Shown: positions 20,200 to 32,447 of the stretch, piece by piece
Layout of the letters: the number at the start of each line of letters is the position of its first letter
Position numbering within the stretch: the first letter of the stretch is position 1
NCBI GenBank assembly: GCA_003280135.1
Contig: QCFW01000002.1
Coordinates: 40,594 to 104,593 of the forward strand
Source of the DNA: Prochlorococcus sp. AG-363-N16
Lineage (GTDB): Bacteria; Cyanobacteriota; Cyanobacteriia; PCC-6307; Cyanobiaceae
Length of the DNA stretch: 64,000 nt
Direction: 5' to 3'
Notes under the pieces: model-generated
What the model was told of the DNA's origin: nothing
What the model saw: the letters and a program-made list of their open reading frames with translations, nothing else
The model's database searches: none
Program-made: the position numbers and the translations under genes

Positions 20200-22182
20200 A
20201 TGACCACAAGTTTTTCGAACCCTTCTTCCAAAACATCAATTTCTAAAGATCGAACTAATCAAAACCCCACTTTAAAGGTTATTCCACTTGGAGGACTTCA
20301 TGAGATTGGAAAAAACACCTGTGTTTTTGAATTCGGTGATGACTTAATGCTTGTTGATGCTGGATTGGCTTTCCCAAGTGATGGAATGCATGGTGTAAAT
20401 GTAGTCATGCCAGATACAACTTATTTGCGTGAAAATCAGCATCGAATTAGAGGAATGATTGTGACTCATGGACATGAAGATCATATTGGAGGTATTTCAC
20501 ATCATTTAAAGCATTTCAATATTCCAGTGATTTATGGACCTCGTTTGGCGATGTCCATGCTTCAAGGAAAAATGGAGGAAGCTGGCGTTTCAGATAGAAC
20601 TACAATTCAAACAGTTGGACCACGAGATCAGGTAAAGGTTGGACAAGCTTTTTTAGTTGAGTTTATTAGAAATACACACTCAATGGCAGATAGCTTTTCT
20701 TTGGCTATCAAGACTCCAGTAGGGACAATCATCTTTACTGGAGATTTTAAATTTGATCATACTCCTGTAGACGGGGAGCACTTTGATTTGGAAAGACTTG
20801 CTCATCATGGCAAGGAAGGGGTTCTATGCTTGTTTAGTGACTCTACGAATGCTGAAGTACCTGGTTGGTGCCCTTCTGAGCGTACTGTTTTCCCATCTTT
20901 AGAGAGACATGTAGCGGAAGCCCAAGGGCGAGTAATTATTACAACTTTTGCAAGCTCTATTCATCGCGTAGCAATGATATTAGAGCTTGCTTTAAAGCAT
21001 GGGAGAAAGGTTGGATTGCTAGGTAGATCAATGTTGAATGTCATAGCTAAGGCAAGGGAAATTGGTTATATGAAGGCTCCTGACGAACTGTTTGTTCCAA
21101 TTAAACAAATTAGAGATTTACCTGATCGAGAAACTTTGCTATTGATGACTGGTAGTCAAGGTGAACCGCTGGCTGCATTAAGTCGTATTTCTCGAGGAGA
21201 TCATCAACATGTTCAAGTAAAAACAACTGATACTATTATTTTTTCAGCGAGTCCAATACCTGGAAATACAATTTCAGTTGTTAATACTATTGACCGTTTA
21301 ATGAAATTGGGAGCAAAGGTTGTATATGGAAAAGGAGAAGGTATTCATGTTTCAGGGCATGGTTTTCAGGAAGATCAGAAGTTGATGCTTGCTTTAACAA
21401 AACCAAAATATTTTGTTCCAGTTCATGGTGAACATAGAATGCTTATTTGTCATAGTAAAAGTGCTCAATCTATGGGAGTTCCAGAAAATAATATATTGAT
21501 TCTTGAGAATGGAGATGTAGTTCAACTAACGAAAGATTCAATCGCTAAGGGTGATCCAGTTAAAGCAGGAATCGAACTTCTTGATGGATCAAGAACTGGA
21601 ATTGTTGATGCTCGTGTTTTAAAAGAAAGGCAACAATTGGCAGAAGATGGTGTGATTACTGTTTTAGCTGCAGTCAGCACAGATGCTGCAATGGTTGCCC
21701 CTCCTAGAGTAAATTTGAGAGGTGTTGTCACAACTGCTGAGCCAAGAAAAATCTCGCTTTGGACTGAAAAAGAAATTACTTGGGTTTTAGAAAATCGTTG
21801 GAAACAACTTTCTCGTCAAACTAGTAATACGTCGGTAGAAGTTGATTGGATTGGTTTTCAAAGAGAAGTGGAAACTGGTATTGCAAGAAGGCTTAGAAGG
21901 GAATTCCAAGTTGAACCATTAATTTTATGTTTAGTTCAACCTGCTCCAGCAGGAACGCCAAAATATAAAGGTAGAGCTGATGAAGAACTTGCTTCTATGC
22001 AAGCAAACAGATTATCTACTCAATTAAAAAATAATCAATCTAAATCTATAAATAAAGCTACTAACGTGTCTAGTCAAAATAATTTCGAAGACAAGACTGC
22101 TTCTACTCAAAAATTAAAAGAAGCACAGAGCATTGATGAACCTGTTGGTAGAACAAGGAGAAGAAGATCTGCGATAAATTAG
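20200..22182 (+). CDS. rnj: Ribonuclease J (metallo-beta-lactamase / beta-CASP)
   Basis: 660 aa with HGHEDHIGG, beta-CASP motifs and VHGEHRML. It has a low-complexity C-terminal extension ending in RTRRRRSAIN. Confidence 0.9.
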   Translation: MTTSFSNPSSKTSISKDRTNQNPTLKVIPLGGLHEIGKNTCVFEFGDDLMLVDAGLAFPSDGMHGVNVVMPDTTYLRENQHRIRGMIVTHGHEDHIGGISHHLKHFNIPVIYGPRLAMSMLQGKMEEAGVSDRTTIQTVGPRDQVKVGQAFLVEFIRNTHSMADSFSLAIKTPVGTIIFTGDFKFDHTPVDGEHFDLERLAHHGKEGVLCLFSDSTNAEVPGWCPSERTVFPSLERHVAEAQGRVIITTFASSIHRVAMILELALKHGRKVGLLGRSMLNVIAKAREIGYMKAPDELFVPIKQIRDLPDRETLLLMTGSQGEPLAALSRISRGDHQHVQVKTTDTIIFSASPIPGNTISVVNTIDRLMKLGAKVVYGKGEGIHVSGHGFQEDQKLMLALTKPKYFVPVHGEHRMLICHSKSAQSMGVPENNILILENGDVVQLTKDSIAKGDPVKAGIELLDGSRTGIVDARVLKERQQLAEDGVITVLAAVSTDAAMVAPPRVNLRGVVTTAEPRKISLWTEKEITWVLENRWKQLSRQTSNTSVEVDWIGFQREVETGIARRLRREFQVEPLILCLVQPAPAGTPKYKGRADEELASMQANRLSTQLKNNQSKSINKATNVSSQNNFEDKTASTQKLKEAQSIDEPVGRTRRRRSAIN

Positions 22183-22198
22183 TTTTTCTAGATATTAT

Positions 22199-23218
22199 TT
22201 ATTTCTCATGATTAATTAATTCTATTGAATTCTTACCCCACTTTATTTCCCAACCCTTAGAAAGTTTTTTTCTCCCTGGGGGCATATTTTCTTTAATTAA
22301 ATTGCTTATTTCTTCCAATTGAGACGCTGAAGTTGTTGGGGCTCCAGAATTCTTTAGCCATTTAGCAATAATAATTACTCTTGTTTGGAAAGGGAATTTC
22401 TTTAAGGATAGTCTTGAAATTTTTTTGTCTAAATTTATTTTTTCTATCGCAAAATCCACTAAAGCATCTTCATTTTCTTTGATATGAGATATTCTTTCTG
22501 TAAGTGATGAAATCCTTTTAGAACTCCCTGGATGTATTTCTTCTAAAATAGGTATTAATTCTTCTCTAATTCTATTACGACTTAAATTTAAATCTGAATT
22601 AGTTGGATCAATCCAGATTGGTAAGTTGAAATCTTTGCAAATTTCAGCTGTCTCTTTTCTGTTGAAAATTAATAAAGGCCTTATTAATTCAATACTATCT
22701 TCAAGTACTCTGCTATCTCTTAAACTGCTTAACCCGCTTAAATATGTTCCTCTTGCTAAATTAAAAATAAATGTTTCTGCCTGATCACTGGATGTATGTC
22801 CCGTTAAAACATGTTTGCAGTAGCAACTATTCTTCTTATTAAAAAGTTTTTTTGCGGTTAATGCTAAATTTTTATATCTCCATTGCCTTGAAGAATCTTC
22901 ATTTTTCACTTGTTCTCTAGATGCAATTTGGCATGAAAAATTAAAACCGTGGGATAAACACCAAACCTCTAATTCTTTTGCTATTTTTTCAGAATCTTTG
23001 TGCCATCCATGATTCCCATGCCATATGTGAATTTCCCATTGATATAACCTTCGTAAATCAGTTATTAATTTCAAAAGAGCCATTGAATCTTGCCCACCAG
23101 ATACTGAGAGAAGTAGGCAAGCTTCGGATGGTAAAAGGTGAGGTTTGATTTTTAGAGCTTTGTGGAGGCGATTGTGCCAATGGCTCCAGGGAGTTTCAAT
23201 GTTCGTAGATTGTGACAT
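22199..23218 (-). CDS. tilS: tRNA(Ile)-lysidine synthase
   Basis: 339 aa with the PP-loop LSVSGGQDS near the N-terminus. Confidence 0.88.
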   Translation of the reverse strand: MSQSTNIETPWSHWHNRLHKALKIKPHLLPSEACLLLSVSGGQDSMALLKLITDLRRLYQWEIHIWHGNHGWHKDSEKIAKELEVWCLSHGFNFSCQIASREQVKNEDSSRQWRYKNLALTAKKLFNKKNSCYCKHVLTGHTSSDQAETFIFNLARGTYLSGLSSLRDSRVLEDSIELIRPLLIFNRKETAEICKDFNLPIWIDPTNSDLNLSRNRIREELIPILEEIHPGSSKRISSLTERISHIKENEDALVDFAIEKINLDKKISRLSLKKFPFQTRVIIIAKWLKNSGAPTTSASQLEEISNLIKENMPPGRKKLSKGWEIKWGKNSIELINHEK

Positions 23219-23299
23219 TTCACTTTTAGGAAGCCACTAGCTTTAATTTGATAGTTCTTTTTCAAGAAGAATGCCACAATCAGGATATCTCTTATTGAT

Positions 23300-24082
23300 T
23301 TGATGTCGCGTTTTCAAAAACTTTCCTCTGCTCTTCTTCAAAAATTTCAGCAGCGCTCTCTTTTAAAAGTGATATCTGGTCTTAATAATTACGACTCTGA
23401 TTCTGTTCTTAGAATCTCTAAGGCTGCAAGGTTGGGAGGAGCTGATTTAATTGATGTTGCATGTGACCCTGAATTAGTCAGCTTATCTAAGCAGGTTTCG
23501 GGACTTCCTATATGCGTTAGTTCTGTTCAACCTGAGTTGTTCCCAGACGCAATTAAAGCTGGGGCAACAATGGTAGAGATAGGAAACTTTGATTCCTTTT
23601 ATCCTCAAGGTAGGATTTTTGATGCAAATGAAGTTTTAGATTTAACTGTTAGATCTAGAAAAATTATTAATGATATCCCGTTATCTGTAACTGTTCCTCA
23701 TGTGCTTCCTTTAGATGAGCAAGCACAACTTGCATTAGATTTAGTTCAAGCTGGAGCGGACATAATTCAGACTGAAGGTAGTGTTAATACTTCTCCAAAG
23801 AAGTCAGGAATTATTGGATTAATGGAGAAGGCTGTTCCTACACTTGCTGCTACATATGCAATTACTAAAAGTTTATTAGAAGCTGGATATGACATCCCAG
23901 TTTTAAGTGCTTCTGGGTTGTCTGAAGTTACTCTTGCGATGGCAATAGCTTCTGGTGCATCTGGCGTTGGGGTTGGATCTGTAATCAATCGATTAGAAAA
24001 TGAATTGGAAATGATTGCTATGGTTAGGACTTTGAGCGAAGCTATTAAATCTTCTAGAAAGATATTGCACACAATCTCTTAA
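23300..24082 (+). CDS. Ycf23-like TIM-barrel protein (DUF561 family)
   Basis: 260 aa. LKVISGLNN...ADLIDVA and the glycine-rich C-terminal half resemble the plastid/cyanobacterial Ycf23 family as I recall it. Confidence 0.7.
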   Translation: MMSRFQKLSSALLQKFQQRSLLKVISGLNNYDSDSVLRISKAARLGGADLIDVACDPELVSLSKQVSGLPICVSSVQPELFPDAIKAGATMVEIGNFDSFYPQGRIFDANEVLDLTVRSRKIINDIPLSVTVPHVLPLDEQAQLALDLVQAGADIIQTEGSVNTSPKKSGIIGLMEKAVPTLAATYAITKSLLEAGYDIPVLSASGLSEVTLAMAIASGASGVGVGSVINRLENELEMIAMVRTLSEAIKSSRKILHTIS

Positions 24083-24135
24083 ATTTTTCTTAGGCAATAT
24101 GCTTTTAAGAAAAGTTATCAGCTTTGAGTTTTTTC

Positions 24136-26169
24136 ATGAATAAATATCAACTCAAAGCTCCTTATGATCCTCAAGGAGATCAACCAAAAGCAATATCTTC
24201 TTTAATAAAAGGAGTCAATTCTGGTAAGAAGTTTCAGACTCTTCTTGGTGCTACTGGAACAGGAAAGACATTTACCATTGCTAATGTTATTGCAAATACA
24301 GGTCGTCCTGCACTTGTATTAGCTCATAACAAAACTTTAGCTGCACAACTTTGTAATGAACTTAGGGAATTTTTTCCTAATAATGCAGTTGAGTACTTTA
24401 TTTCTTATTATGATTACTATCAGCCTGAAGCATATGTACCAGTAAGTGATACTTATATAGCCAAAACATCTTCTATAAATGAAGAAATTGATATGCTTAG
24501 ACACTCTGCAACCAGGTCATTATTTGAGCGAAAAGATGTAATAGTAGTTGCTTCGATTAGTTGTATTTATGGCTTAGGTATTCCTAGTGAATACTTAAAG
24601 GCATCGGTCAGATTTGAGGTAGGCAAGCATATAGTTCTTAGAGACTCATTAAGAGAATTAGTTATAAATCAGTATTCGCGCAATGATGTTGAAATTTCAC
24701 GAGGTAGGTTTCGTCTTAAAGGTGATGTCTTAGAAATAGGACCAGCCTATGAAGATCGCTTAGTACGTATCGAGTTATTTGGAGATGAAGTTGATTCAAT
24801 TAAATATGTGGACCCAATTAGTGGCGAGATTTTAGAAAGTATGGATTATATAAATATTTATCCAGCAAAGCATTTTGTTACTCCTAAAGATAGATTAATT
24901 ACTGCAATAGATGGAATTAGAAATGAAATGAATAATCAATTATCTGTGTTTAATCAAGAGGGTAAATTATTGGAAGCTCAGAGACTAGAACAACGTACAA
25001 AGTATGATCTTGAAATGTTAAAAGAAGTTGGATATTGTAATGGTGTTGAAAATTATGCTCGCCATTTGTCAGGTAGAGAAATAGGTTCACCACCTGAGTG
25101 CTTGATTGATTATTTTCCTAATGATTGGATTTTAATTGTTGATGAAAGTCATGTTACGTGTTCTCAATTACAAGCAATGTATAATGGGGATCAATCAAGA
25201 AAGAAAGTTTTAATAGACCATGGATTTCGATTACCTAGTGCGGCCGATAATCGTCCTTTAAAATCAGAAGAGTTTTGGCATAAAGCTAATCAAACTATTT
25301 TTGTTAGTGCCACTCCAGGAGATTGGGAGTTAAAACAAAGTTATGGTCAAATTATAGAACAAGTTATTAGACCTACTGGCGTTTTAGACCCTTTGGTGGA
25401 GGTTCGTCCAACTAAAGGTCAGATAGATGATTTGTTAGATGAAATTCGCAAAAGAGTATCAAAAAATGAAAGAGTACTAATTACAACATTAACCAAAAGG
25501 ATGGCTGAAGATTTAAGTGAATATCTATCAGAGAATGATGTAAAAGTTCGTTATTTACATTCTGAGATTCATTCAATAGAAAGGATTGAAATTATCCAAG
25601 ACTTGAGATTAGGAGTTTATGATGTTTTAGTGGGTGTTAATCTTTTACGAGAAGGACTAGATTTGCCAGAAGTATCTTTGGTAATAATTTTAGATGCTGA
25701 TAAAGAAGGTTTTCTTAGGGCAACTCGATCATTAATTCAAACTATTGGAAGAGCGGCTAGGCATGTTGAAGGAGTTGCCTTGCTCTATGCAGATAATTTC
25801 ACAGATTCAATGAAAAAGGCTATTTCAGAGACTGCAAGACGTAGGGAAATCCAGAAGAAATACAATCAAAAATATGGAATTGTTCCTAAACCTGCAGGTA
25901 AAAAATCTACCAATTCAATACTTTCTTTTTTGGAATTATCTAGAAGGTTAAAAACAGATGACTTAGAGAAAGACTTGATACAAGTAACAGATAATCTAGT
26001 TAATGATTTAAAACAAAATCAAGATATGGCCATAGCAATAGAATCTTTACCAGAAGTTATTGAGAAATTAGAATTCAAAATGAATAAGGCTGCAAAAGAT
26101 TTAAATTTTGAGGAAGCAGCAACTCTACGTGACCGTATACATCAATTGCGTAAGAAGTTAGTGAGATAA
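24136..26169 (+). CDS. uvrB: Excinuclease ABC subunit B
   Basis: [20 protein letters not shown], Walker [13 protein letters not shown] box and a C-terminal UVR domain ([11 protein letters not shown]). The track ORF starts 12 nt earlier at TTG. Confidence 0.97.
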   Translation: MNKYQLKAPYDPQGDQPKAISSLIKGVNSGKKFQTLLGATGTGKTFTIANVIANTGRPALVLAHNKTLAAQLCNELREFFPNNAVEYFISYYDYYQPEAYVPVSDTYIAKTSSINEEIDMLRHSATRSLFERKDVIVVASISCIYGLGIPSEYLKASVRFEVGKHIVLRDSLRELVINQYSRNDVEISRGRFRLKGDVLEIGPAYEDRLVRIELFGDEVDSIKYVDPISGEILESMDYINIYPAKHFVTPKDRLITAIDGIRNEMNNQLSVFNQEGKLLEAQRLEQRTKYDLEMLKEVGYCNGVENYARHLSGREIGSPPECLIDYFPNDWILIVDESHVTCSQLQAMYNGDQSRKKVLIDHGFRLPSAADNRPLKSEEFWHKANQTIFVSATPGDWELKQSYGQIIEQVIRPTGVLDPLVEVRPTKGQIDDLLDEIRKRVSKNERVLITTLTKRMAEDLSEYLSENDVKVRYLHSEIHSIERIEIIQDLRLGVYDVLVGVNLLREGLDLPEVSLVIILDADKEGFLRATRSLIQTIGRAARHVEGVALLYADNFTDSMKKAISETARRREIQKKYNQKYGIVPKPAGKKSTNSILSFLELSRRLKTDDLEKDLIQVTDNLVNDLKQNQDMAIAIESLPEVIEKLEFKMNKAAKDLNFEEAATLRDRIHQLRKKLVR

Positions 26170-27927
26170 TTTATTATCTAGGCCGAAGAATTTATGAACT
26201 ACTTTTAATGCTGTTTCACCATCTTTTTCGGCAACAATACAACTTGTTCTAATTTCACTTGTAGCAATCATTTCTATATTTATTCCTTCATTTGCGATAG
26301 CTCTAAATATCTTGGCAGCGGTACCTAATGTTTCAGGCATGCCTGCTCCAACTGCACTAATACGAGCAATTGCATTGCCATCTTTTAAGAATGCATTTGG
26401 CCAATCTTTTAAAATCGGTTCTAAGGCTTGATCTGCATTTTTACGATCATTTTTATTCAGTGTGAAACTTATATTTCTGCCGCCATTGTCATGCTTTCTC
26501 TCTGATTGAACAATTGTATCCAAAGAGATACGTGCATCTGCAAGTGCTTTGCAAATTTTAGCGGCAGTGCCTGGTATGTCGGGAACATTAATAACACTAA
26601 CTTGAGTTTGTTCAAGATCTAATGCTATTCCTCTGACTTCTGGCTCATCTTGATAATAGTTTTGGGGATTAATTTCAATTTGCTTTTCTTGTAATTCAAA
26701 TGCATCACTGATAGCTCTTAGAGCTTTTTGGCCCATTTTTGAATCAATTACACAACTTACTTTCACTTCACTTGTTGCTATAAGTCTTAAATTAATTCCA
26801 ACTTTTGAAACTGTTTCAAATAACTGAGCAGCTATACCTGGTCTTCCCATTATTCCTGCACCTCTAATACTTAGCTTTGCCATTTGATTTTGGCTTGTGA
26901 GCTCACCTCCTTGTTTTTGAAGAAGTTGTTTGCAAAGTGCTTTTGCAGTATCTAGATCCTTCTGAGATACCGTAAAAGTAATATCATTACTTTTACCTTC
27001 ATGAGTGGCTTGAATAATAAGGTCGACATTGACTCCTCCATTTGCAAGCGCTTCAAATAAATCTGCAGCAATACCAGGTTTATCGGGTATGTGAGATAGT
27101 CCCACTACTGCTTGCATTTCAACTAATTCTGCACCATTAACAGATTTATTTAGTTCTAATCCATTTTTGCTAATCTTTGACTGAGTATGGCTTGTTAGAG
27201 TGGTACCTTTGCCTTCATCCCATGAAGAACGAACGATAAGCTTAACTCCATAATTTCTTGCTATTTCCACAGCTCTAGGATGTAAAACAGCTGCTCCTAG
27301 GCTTGCTAGTTCAAGCATTTCATCACAACTTATTTGAGGAATTAGCTGTGCTTCTGGAACCATTCTTGGATCAGTTGTAAGAACACCTGGCACATCCGTA
27401 TAAATTTCACATGCATCAGCGTTAATTGCGGTTGCTAAGGCAACTGCAGAGGTATCAGAACCCCCTCTTCCAAGAGTTGTGATTTCTGCAGTGCCACCAC
27501 TGCTAAGACTTGTCCCTTGAAAACCTGCAATGACTACAACTTGTCCTGCATTGAGAAGATATTTAATTCGTTCCGTTTTTATTTCCAGAATCCTTGCTTT
27601 TCCATGAGAAGATTCTGTAACTATTCCCACTTGAGAACCAGTCATGGATTTTGCAGATATACCAAGTTCATTAAGAGCAATTGATAATAATGCTATTGAT
27701 ACTTGCTCACCTGTTGAAAGCAGCATATCCATTTCTCTTTGAGGAGGATTATTGCTAATTAATTTTGCTAAATTAGTTAGTTCGTTTGTAGTATTACCCA
27801 TAGCTGAAACTACTATCACCAGATCATTTCCTTCATTTCTACTTTTTGCAATTCTTTTTGCAACTAATTGAATAAGTTCAATATTCCCTACAGAGGTTCC
27901 TCCAAATTTTTGTACTAAAGTAGCCAT
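26158..27927 (-). CDS. lysC: Aspartate kinase (long cyanobacterial form with duplicated ACT regions)
   Basis: 589 aa with VQKFGGTSV and GRGGSDTSA, followed by two tandem ACT-pair regions. Confidence 0.95.
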   Translation of the reverse strand: MATLVQKFGGTSVGNIELIQLVAKRIAKSRNEGNDLVIVVSAMGNTTNELTNLAKLISNNPPQREMDMLLSTGEQVSIALLSIALNELGISAKSMTGSQVGIVTESSHGKARILEIKTERIKYLLNAGQVVVIAGFQGTSLSSGGTAEITTLGRGGSDTSAVALATAINADACEIYTDVPGVLTTDPRMVPEAQLIPQISCDEMLELASLGAAVLHPRAVEIARNYGVKLIVRSSWDEGKGTTLTSHTQSKISKNGLELNKSVNGAELVEMQAVVGLSHIPDKPGIAADLFEALANGGVNVDLIIQATHEGKSNDITFTVSQKDLDTAKALCKQLLQKQGGELTSQNQMAKLSIRGAGIMGRPGIAAQLFETVSKVGINLRLIATSEVKVSCVIDSKMGQKALRAISDAFELQEKQIEINPQNYYQDEPEVRGIALDLEQTQVSVINVPDIPGTAAKICKALADARISLDTIVQSERKHDNGGRNISFTLNKNDRKNADQALEPILKDWPNAFLKDGNAIARISAVGAGMPETLGTAAKIFRAIANEGINIEMIATSEIRTSCIVAEKDGETALKVVHKFFGLDNKLSH

Positions 27928-27986
27928 TTAATTATTTTGAGTGGTTTAAGAATTGTGTAATAGAAAATATTAATAACTTAAACATT

Positions 27987-28988
27987 TTATAAGAACTGAT
28001 CTCTAAAAGCATTTTTAGGATTTATTCCTTTTTTTATAGAAGATTCTATTTCTAGAATTTTTTTAAGTAAATCAATAAAGAATGTAGAGGATTTACCGTT
28101 AATTTGTTTTCGCATAACATAAATTCTTTTGGGATTTGCTATTCCAGCTTGGTTAGCAATAAAGTTAACGTCATGTTGTTTTTCATTTTCCAACAAACTA
28201 ACCCATAGTAATCCACGAATTTGCCCTGTTAATGTTGCTATTATTCTAAGGGCTGGCTCACCTTTATCCAATAAAGTATCAGTTCTTGAAACAGCTTTAT
28301 CAAAATTTCCAGCTAAGAGAAAATTACCAATTTCTAGTGCATTAGTTGCGGAACCTATGACTAACTCTTGGACCGATTTACTTGTAATAACAATTCTTTT
28401 CAGACTTTTAATATTTGTATTGACTTTTGAATCTTCTAATAATGCAAGCTTCTTTAATTCGGATAGCATTCTACCACTGTCATTTCCAATTGATTCTACA
28501 AGTTGATCAATTGCTCTTGCTTCAATTTCTAGGTTGAGTGAGGCGGCAATTGTTTTAACTAATTCTTTTTGACCTCCAATATTCCAAGCAGTAGGCAATG
28601 CGAAACTTTGCTCAACAGCTTTTTTTGATTTAATTAATTCATGTATTAACTTTGTTGTTTTTAATCTTTTATCTGGTTTGTTGAGATTGTTTAAAACTAG
28701 ATATGTATTTAATGGGATTTGTTTCGAAATGGATTCAAACTTCGATGATAGTTCATTGGAACAACCATTACATAAGGGACTTTTCCTTAGTATGACTAAT
28801 CTGCCCCCTTCTCCAAAAGGTGGAGTCTGTGCTTCTTCTAAGGCTTGCTTTGCTTGCAGAATATCTTGTCCTTCAAATCTACTAAGATTAATACTCATCC
28901 AATTTGGATGAATGATTTCTTCAATTAAACTTTTAATTGCACGTTCACAAGAAGCATCATCATCTCCCCAAATCAAATGTATTGGCAT
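27987..28988 (-). CDS. holA: DNA polymerase III delta subunit
   Basis: 333 aa. The N-terminus IHLIWGDDDASCERAIKSL and the overall length fit HolA. This family is weakly conserved, so confidence is moderate. Confidence 0.72.
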   Translation of the reverse strand: MPIHLIWGDDDASCERAIKSLIEEIIHPNWMSINLSRFEGQDILQAKQALEEAQTPPFGEGGRLVILRKSPLCNGCSNELSSKFESISKQIPLNTYLVLNNLNKPDKRLKTTKLIHELIKSKKAVEQSFALPTAWNIGGQKELVKTIAASLNLEIEARAIDQLVESIGNDSGRMLSELKKLALLEDSKVNTNIKSLKRIVITSKSVQELVIGSATNALEIGNFLLAGNFDKAVSRTDTLLDKGEPALRIIATLTGQIRGLLWVSLLENEKQHDVNFIANQAGIANPKRIYVMRKQINGKSSTFFIDLLKKILEIESSIKKGINPKNAFRDQFL

Positions 28989-29050
28989 GGCAGAATGATT
29001 TTTTACTTTTGAGAGGTAATGCTTTAAACGAACTTTTTCTTTTCTGAAAA

Positions 29051-29677
29051 TTGAAATCGATTGATCATCCCATTTTTCAAGAAAGTATTCGTTATATACG
29101 CGCTAGGTTGGGTTATACAGGATTTGACGATATAGAGCAACAAGTTCTTGAAAGATTGATTCATACAAGTGGAGATTTTGGAGTTCAATCTTTATTAAAG
29201 TTCTCTAAAGGAGCCTGTAATGCTGGTTTAAGTGCTCTAAGAGCAGGTGCTCCAATCATTACTGATACATATATGGCGGCTGCAGCAATAACGCCTATGG
29301 CTTCCAGGACTTTAGATACCCCTGTTAAATGCATTTTAGATTGGGTTCCTCAGAATAATGACAAAGGTGTTACAAGAACAGCTCTTGGTATGGAAAAGGC
29401 TTGTATAGAACTTGCTTCAGAATTTAAAGATACAAAGGCACCCATATTTGTTATTGGCAGTGCTCCAAAGGCTTTAATAACTTTATTAGATTTAATAGCT
29501 ATTGATTATTTGGTACCAAATTTAATTATTGGTATGCCAGTAGGTTTTATTGGTGTTTTAGAAAGTAAAAAGCTTTTATCGGAGGCAAAAATTAATCAGA
29601 TTAGAATTGAAGGGAATCGAGGAGGAGCTGCTTTAGCCTCTGCTTCAGTCAATGCTTTGTTAAGAGCATCAATTTAG
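29051..29677 (+). CDS. cobH: Precorrin-8X methylmutase
   Basis: 208 aa CbiC/CobH-like protein (HTSGDF..., VIGSAPKAL, GNRGGAALASASVNALL). TTG start. Confidence 0.82.
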   Translation: MKSIDHPIFQESIRYIRARLGYTGFDDIEQQVLERLIHTSGDFGVQSLLKFSKGACNAGLSALRAGAPIITDTYMAAAAITPMASRTLDTPVKCILDWVPQNNDKGVTRTALGMEKACIELASEFKDTKAPIFVIGSAPKALITLLDLIAIDYLVPNLIIGMPVGFIGVLESKKLLSEAKINQIRIEGNRGGAALASASVNALLRASI

Positions 29678-29690
29678 ATATATTGTTTCA

Positions 29691-32447
29691 TTATTGATTA
29701 ATTATTTTTTCTTTTTCAAGCTTTCTAAGCATGTTCTTTGCTTGCTTAATAACACTAGAAGGTACACCTGCTAGTCTTGCTGCTTCAATTCCATAACTTC
29801 TATTAGCACCTCCAGGAACAACTTTATGAAGAAAGCAAAGTTCATCTCCATTTTCAGTAACAAGAACTTGGAAATTTTTAATAGTTTTTATACTATTTGA
29901 TAGACTATTAAGTTCATGATAATGTGTGGCAAAAATTGTTCGACTTCTTATCTCTTTTGCTAAGAATTCGCTTACTGCCCATGCAATAGATAATCCATCA
30001 AAAGTGGATGTACCTCTTCCTATTTCATCTAGTAGAACTAAAGATTTATCTGTAGCTTGATTTAGTATGTAAGCTGTTTCTGCCATTTCTACCATAAATG
30101 TAGACTGTCCTGTTGCTAAATCATCTACTGCTCCAACACGAGTGAAAATTCTATCTGCAATAGTTAATCTTGCTTTTTTAGCAGGGATCCAACTTCCAAT
30201 TTGTGATAGTAATTGTATCAAACCTATTTGCCTAAGATAACAACTTTTACCACTAGCATTTGGTCCGGTTAATATGATTAAATCTGTTTCTCTTCCAAGA
30301 TTAATTGAATTAACTTCAAACTCTTTTTCTACTAGCATTTGTTCTACTACTGGATGTCTACAATCTTCGACATTTATTATTCTTGAGTTTGAACTTTCAT
30401 CAATTATGGTAGGCGCACAATAATTATTTATAGCAGCAACTTCGGCTAAACTTGCCAATGCATCTATTCCAGCAACAGATTTAGCTTTCTTTCTAATTGC
30501 CTGAGCATGGTTGCCAACTAATTCTCGAAGTTCACAAAATAATTCATATTCACGTTGAGATGCTCTTGCTTGCAATTGAAAAATTTTTCCTTCTCTTTCC
30601 TTAAGATCTGGAGTAATAAATCTTTCTTCATTGGCTAATGTTTGTCGTCTGATCCAATGATTGGGAACATTATTTGCCTTTGATTTACGAACTGCTAAAA
30701 AATATCCGAAGGTACGATGATATTGAATTTTAAGATTAGCGTTACCACTTATTTTCTTTTCTTTGGTTTCCTGACTTTGTAGCCAATCATATTGCTCATC
30801 TAATTTATTTCTTATTCCATCTAATAATTTATCAACACCATCATTAATAAGTTCTCCATCAGTTAAACTTAATGGTGGGTTTTCAACTAAGTGCGATTTT
30901 ATTACTTTAGCTAGATTTATTAACTTCGAATCAATAATGCTTAAATCTTTAACCCACTCTGGAGCATCTGAAGGAAGTTTTTTTACATACTGAGAAAGTA
31001 GTGGCAATCTTTCTATTCCATCTGCTATTGCATTCAAATCCCTTCCACTGGCTTGACAAGCTCCTGCTCTTCCTGCAAGGCGTTCAAGGTCACCCATTGT
31101 TCTAAGAAGTTTTCTAATGTTTTGCCTTAGAGCAGAATTTTTGACAAAAATACTAACTACTAATTGTCGTGCAATTATTTTTTTTGCGTCTATTAATGGA
31201 TGTTCTATCCAACGTCTTAAGCATCTTCCTCCCATTGATGTCAAAGTTCTATCGATTGCCCATAACAATGATCCTTGGAATTGAGACTCTCTTTGAGTAT
31301 TAGTTATCTCAAGATTCTTTTTAGTTTGAGCATCTAATACTAATTCTTTAGATGCAATTAATATTTGTGGTAGTTCAAGCGATATTCTTGAGCTTTCTTT
31401 TTCATTCATATTAATTGGATTTGTTTCTATTAAATATCTCAATAAGCCACCAGCAGCCTTTGTTGCCATAATCCATTCATTAATGCCAAGCCCATCTAGT
31501 GTTTGCAATTTAAAATGTTTTTTTAGAATTGTTTTAGCTTCTAAAAGTGTGAAATTACTCTTTTCAATTTGATTTACTTTCAGATGTTTAGATATAAACT
31601 CTTTTGCTAAATATTGGTCAATTTGCTCACAAATAATTTCTGATGCTTCTATTTTGATTAGCTCTTGCTCTAAGGAACAAATTCCAGTACCTTCTTTCGC
31701 TAAAAATTCTCCTGTACTTATATCTGCATTAGCCAATCCCCATTTTAGCAAATTTTTATTTGTATCTGATTCTATTGATATTGCTGCTAACCAATTATTT
31801 TTTTTTGCTTCAAGCATTCCTTCTTCTATAATTGTTCCAGGTGTCAAAATTCTTGTGATACCACGTTTTACTAACTTTCCTTCTTTGTTCTTTGCATTTT
31901 CTAATTGATCACATAATGCTATAGAAAAGCCTTTTTGAATTAAAGCAGAACAATATTTTTCAGCAGCATGATGTGGAATACCTGCCATAGGGATTCTACC
32001 AATTGTTTTTCCTGCTTCTTTCCCTGTAAGAGTGAGTTCTAATATTTGTGCTAAAAGTATTGCGTCTTCAAAAAAGCATTCAAAGAAATCTCCTAACCTA
32101 TACAAAAGAATTCTTTTTGGATTTTTTATTTTTAATTCAACATAATGTCTCATTACTGGGGTAAGTTCTTCAATCTTTACTTGATTGTGATGAGACCAAG
32201 AGAGGTTCTTTCTGATTTTGGTTGATTTGCTTGGTACTGGATCAGAAATTTGTGTTACATAATTGTTGATATTCTCTTTGCTTTTAGTGCGAGGACTTTT
32301 TTCAGCTTCTTTTTCTAGATCTGCATCCGAGAAGTCCTCTGTTAACTCGTTATGCTTACTCCTTTCTTTCGAAGGTGTTGAAAGCACAGGAGATTCTTGG
32401 TTCCCATCAAATAGATCCCCTTGTATTGTTTGATTTTCGGCAGTCAT
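29691..32447 (-). CDS. mutS: DNA mismatch repair protein MutS
   Basis: [11 protein letters not shown] mismatch-binding domain, Walker A GPNASGKS and DEIGRGTS. I prefer ATG 32447. The ORF is open to 32555, which would leave only 49 nt before psbZ. Confidence 0.94.
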   Translation of the reverse strand: MTAENQTIQGDLFDGNQESPVLSTPSKERSKHNELTEDFSDADLEKEAEKSPRTKSKENINNYVTQISDPVPSKSTKIRKNLSWSHHNQVKIEELTPVMRHYVELKIKNPKRILLYRLGDFFECFFEDAILLAQILELTLTGKEAGKTIGRIPMAGIPHHAAEKYCSALIQKGFSIALCDQLENAKNKEGKLVKRGITRILTPGTIIEEGMLEAKKNNWLAAISIESDTNKNLLKWGLANADISTGEFLAKEGTGICSLEQELIKIEASEIICEQIDQYLAKEFISKHLKVNQIEKSNFTLLEAKTILKKHFKLQTLDGLGINEWIMATKAAGGLLRYLIETNPINMNEKESSRISLELPQILIASKELVLDAQTKKNLEITNTQRESQFQGSLLWAIDRTLTSMGGRCLRRWIEHPLIDAKKIIARQLVVSIFVKNSALRQNIRKLLRTMGDLERLAGRAGACQASGRDLNAIADGIERLPLLSQYVKKLPSDAPEWVKDLSIIDSKLINLAKVIKSHLVENPPLSLTDGELINDGVDKLLDGIRNKLDEQYDWLQSQETKEKKISGNANLKIQYHRTFGYFLAVRKSKANNVPNHWIRRQTLANEERFITPDLKEREGKIFQLQARASQREYELFCELRELVGNHAQAIRKKAKSVAGIDALASLAEVAAINNYCAPTIIDESSNSRIINVEDCRHPVVEQMLVEKEFEVNSINLGRETDLIILTGPNASGKSCYLRQIGLIQLLSQIGSWIPAKKARLTIADRIFTRVGAVDDLATGQSTFMVEMAETAYILNQATDKSLVLLDEIGRGTSTFDGLSIAWAVSEFLAKEIRSRTIFATHYHELNSLSNSIKTIKNFQVLVTENGDELCFLHKVVPGGANRSYGIEAARLAGVPSSVIKQAKNMLRKLEKEKIINQ

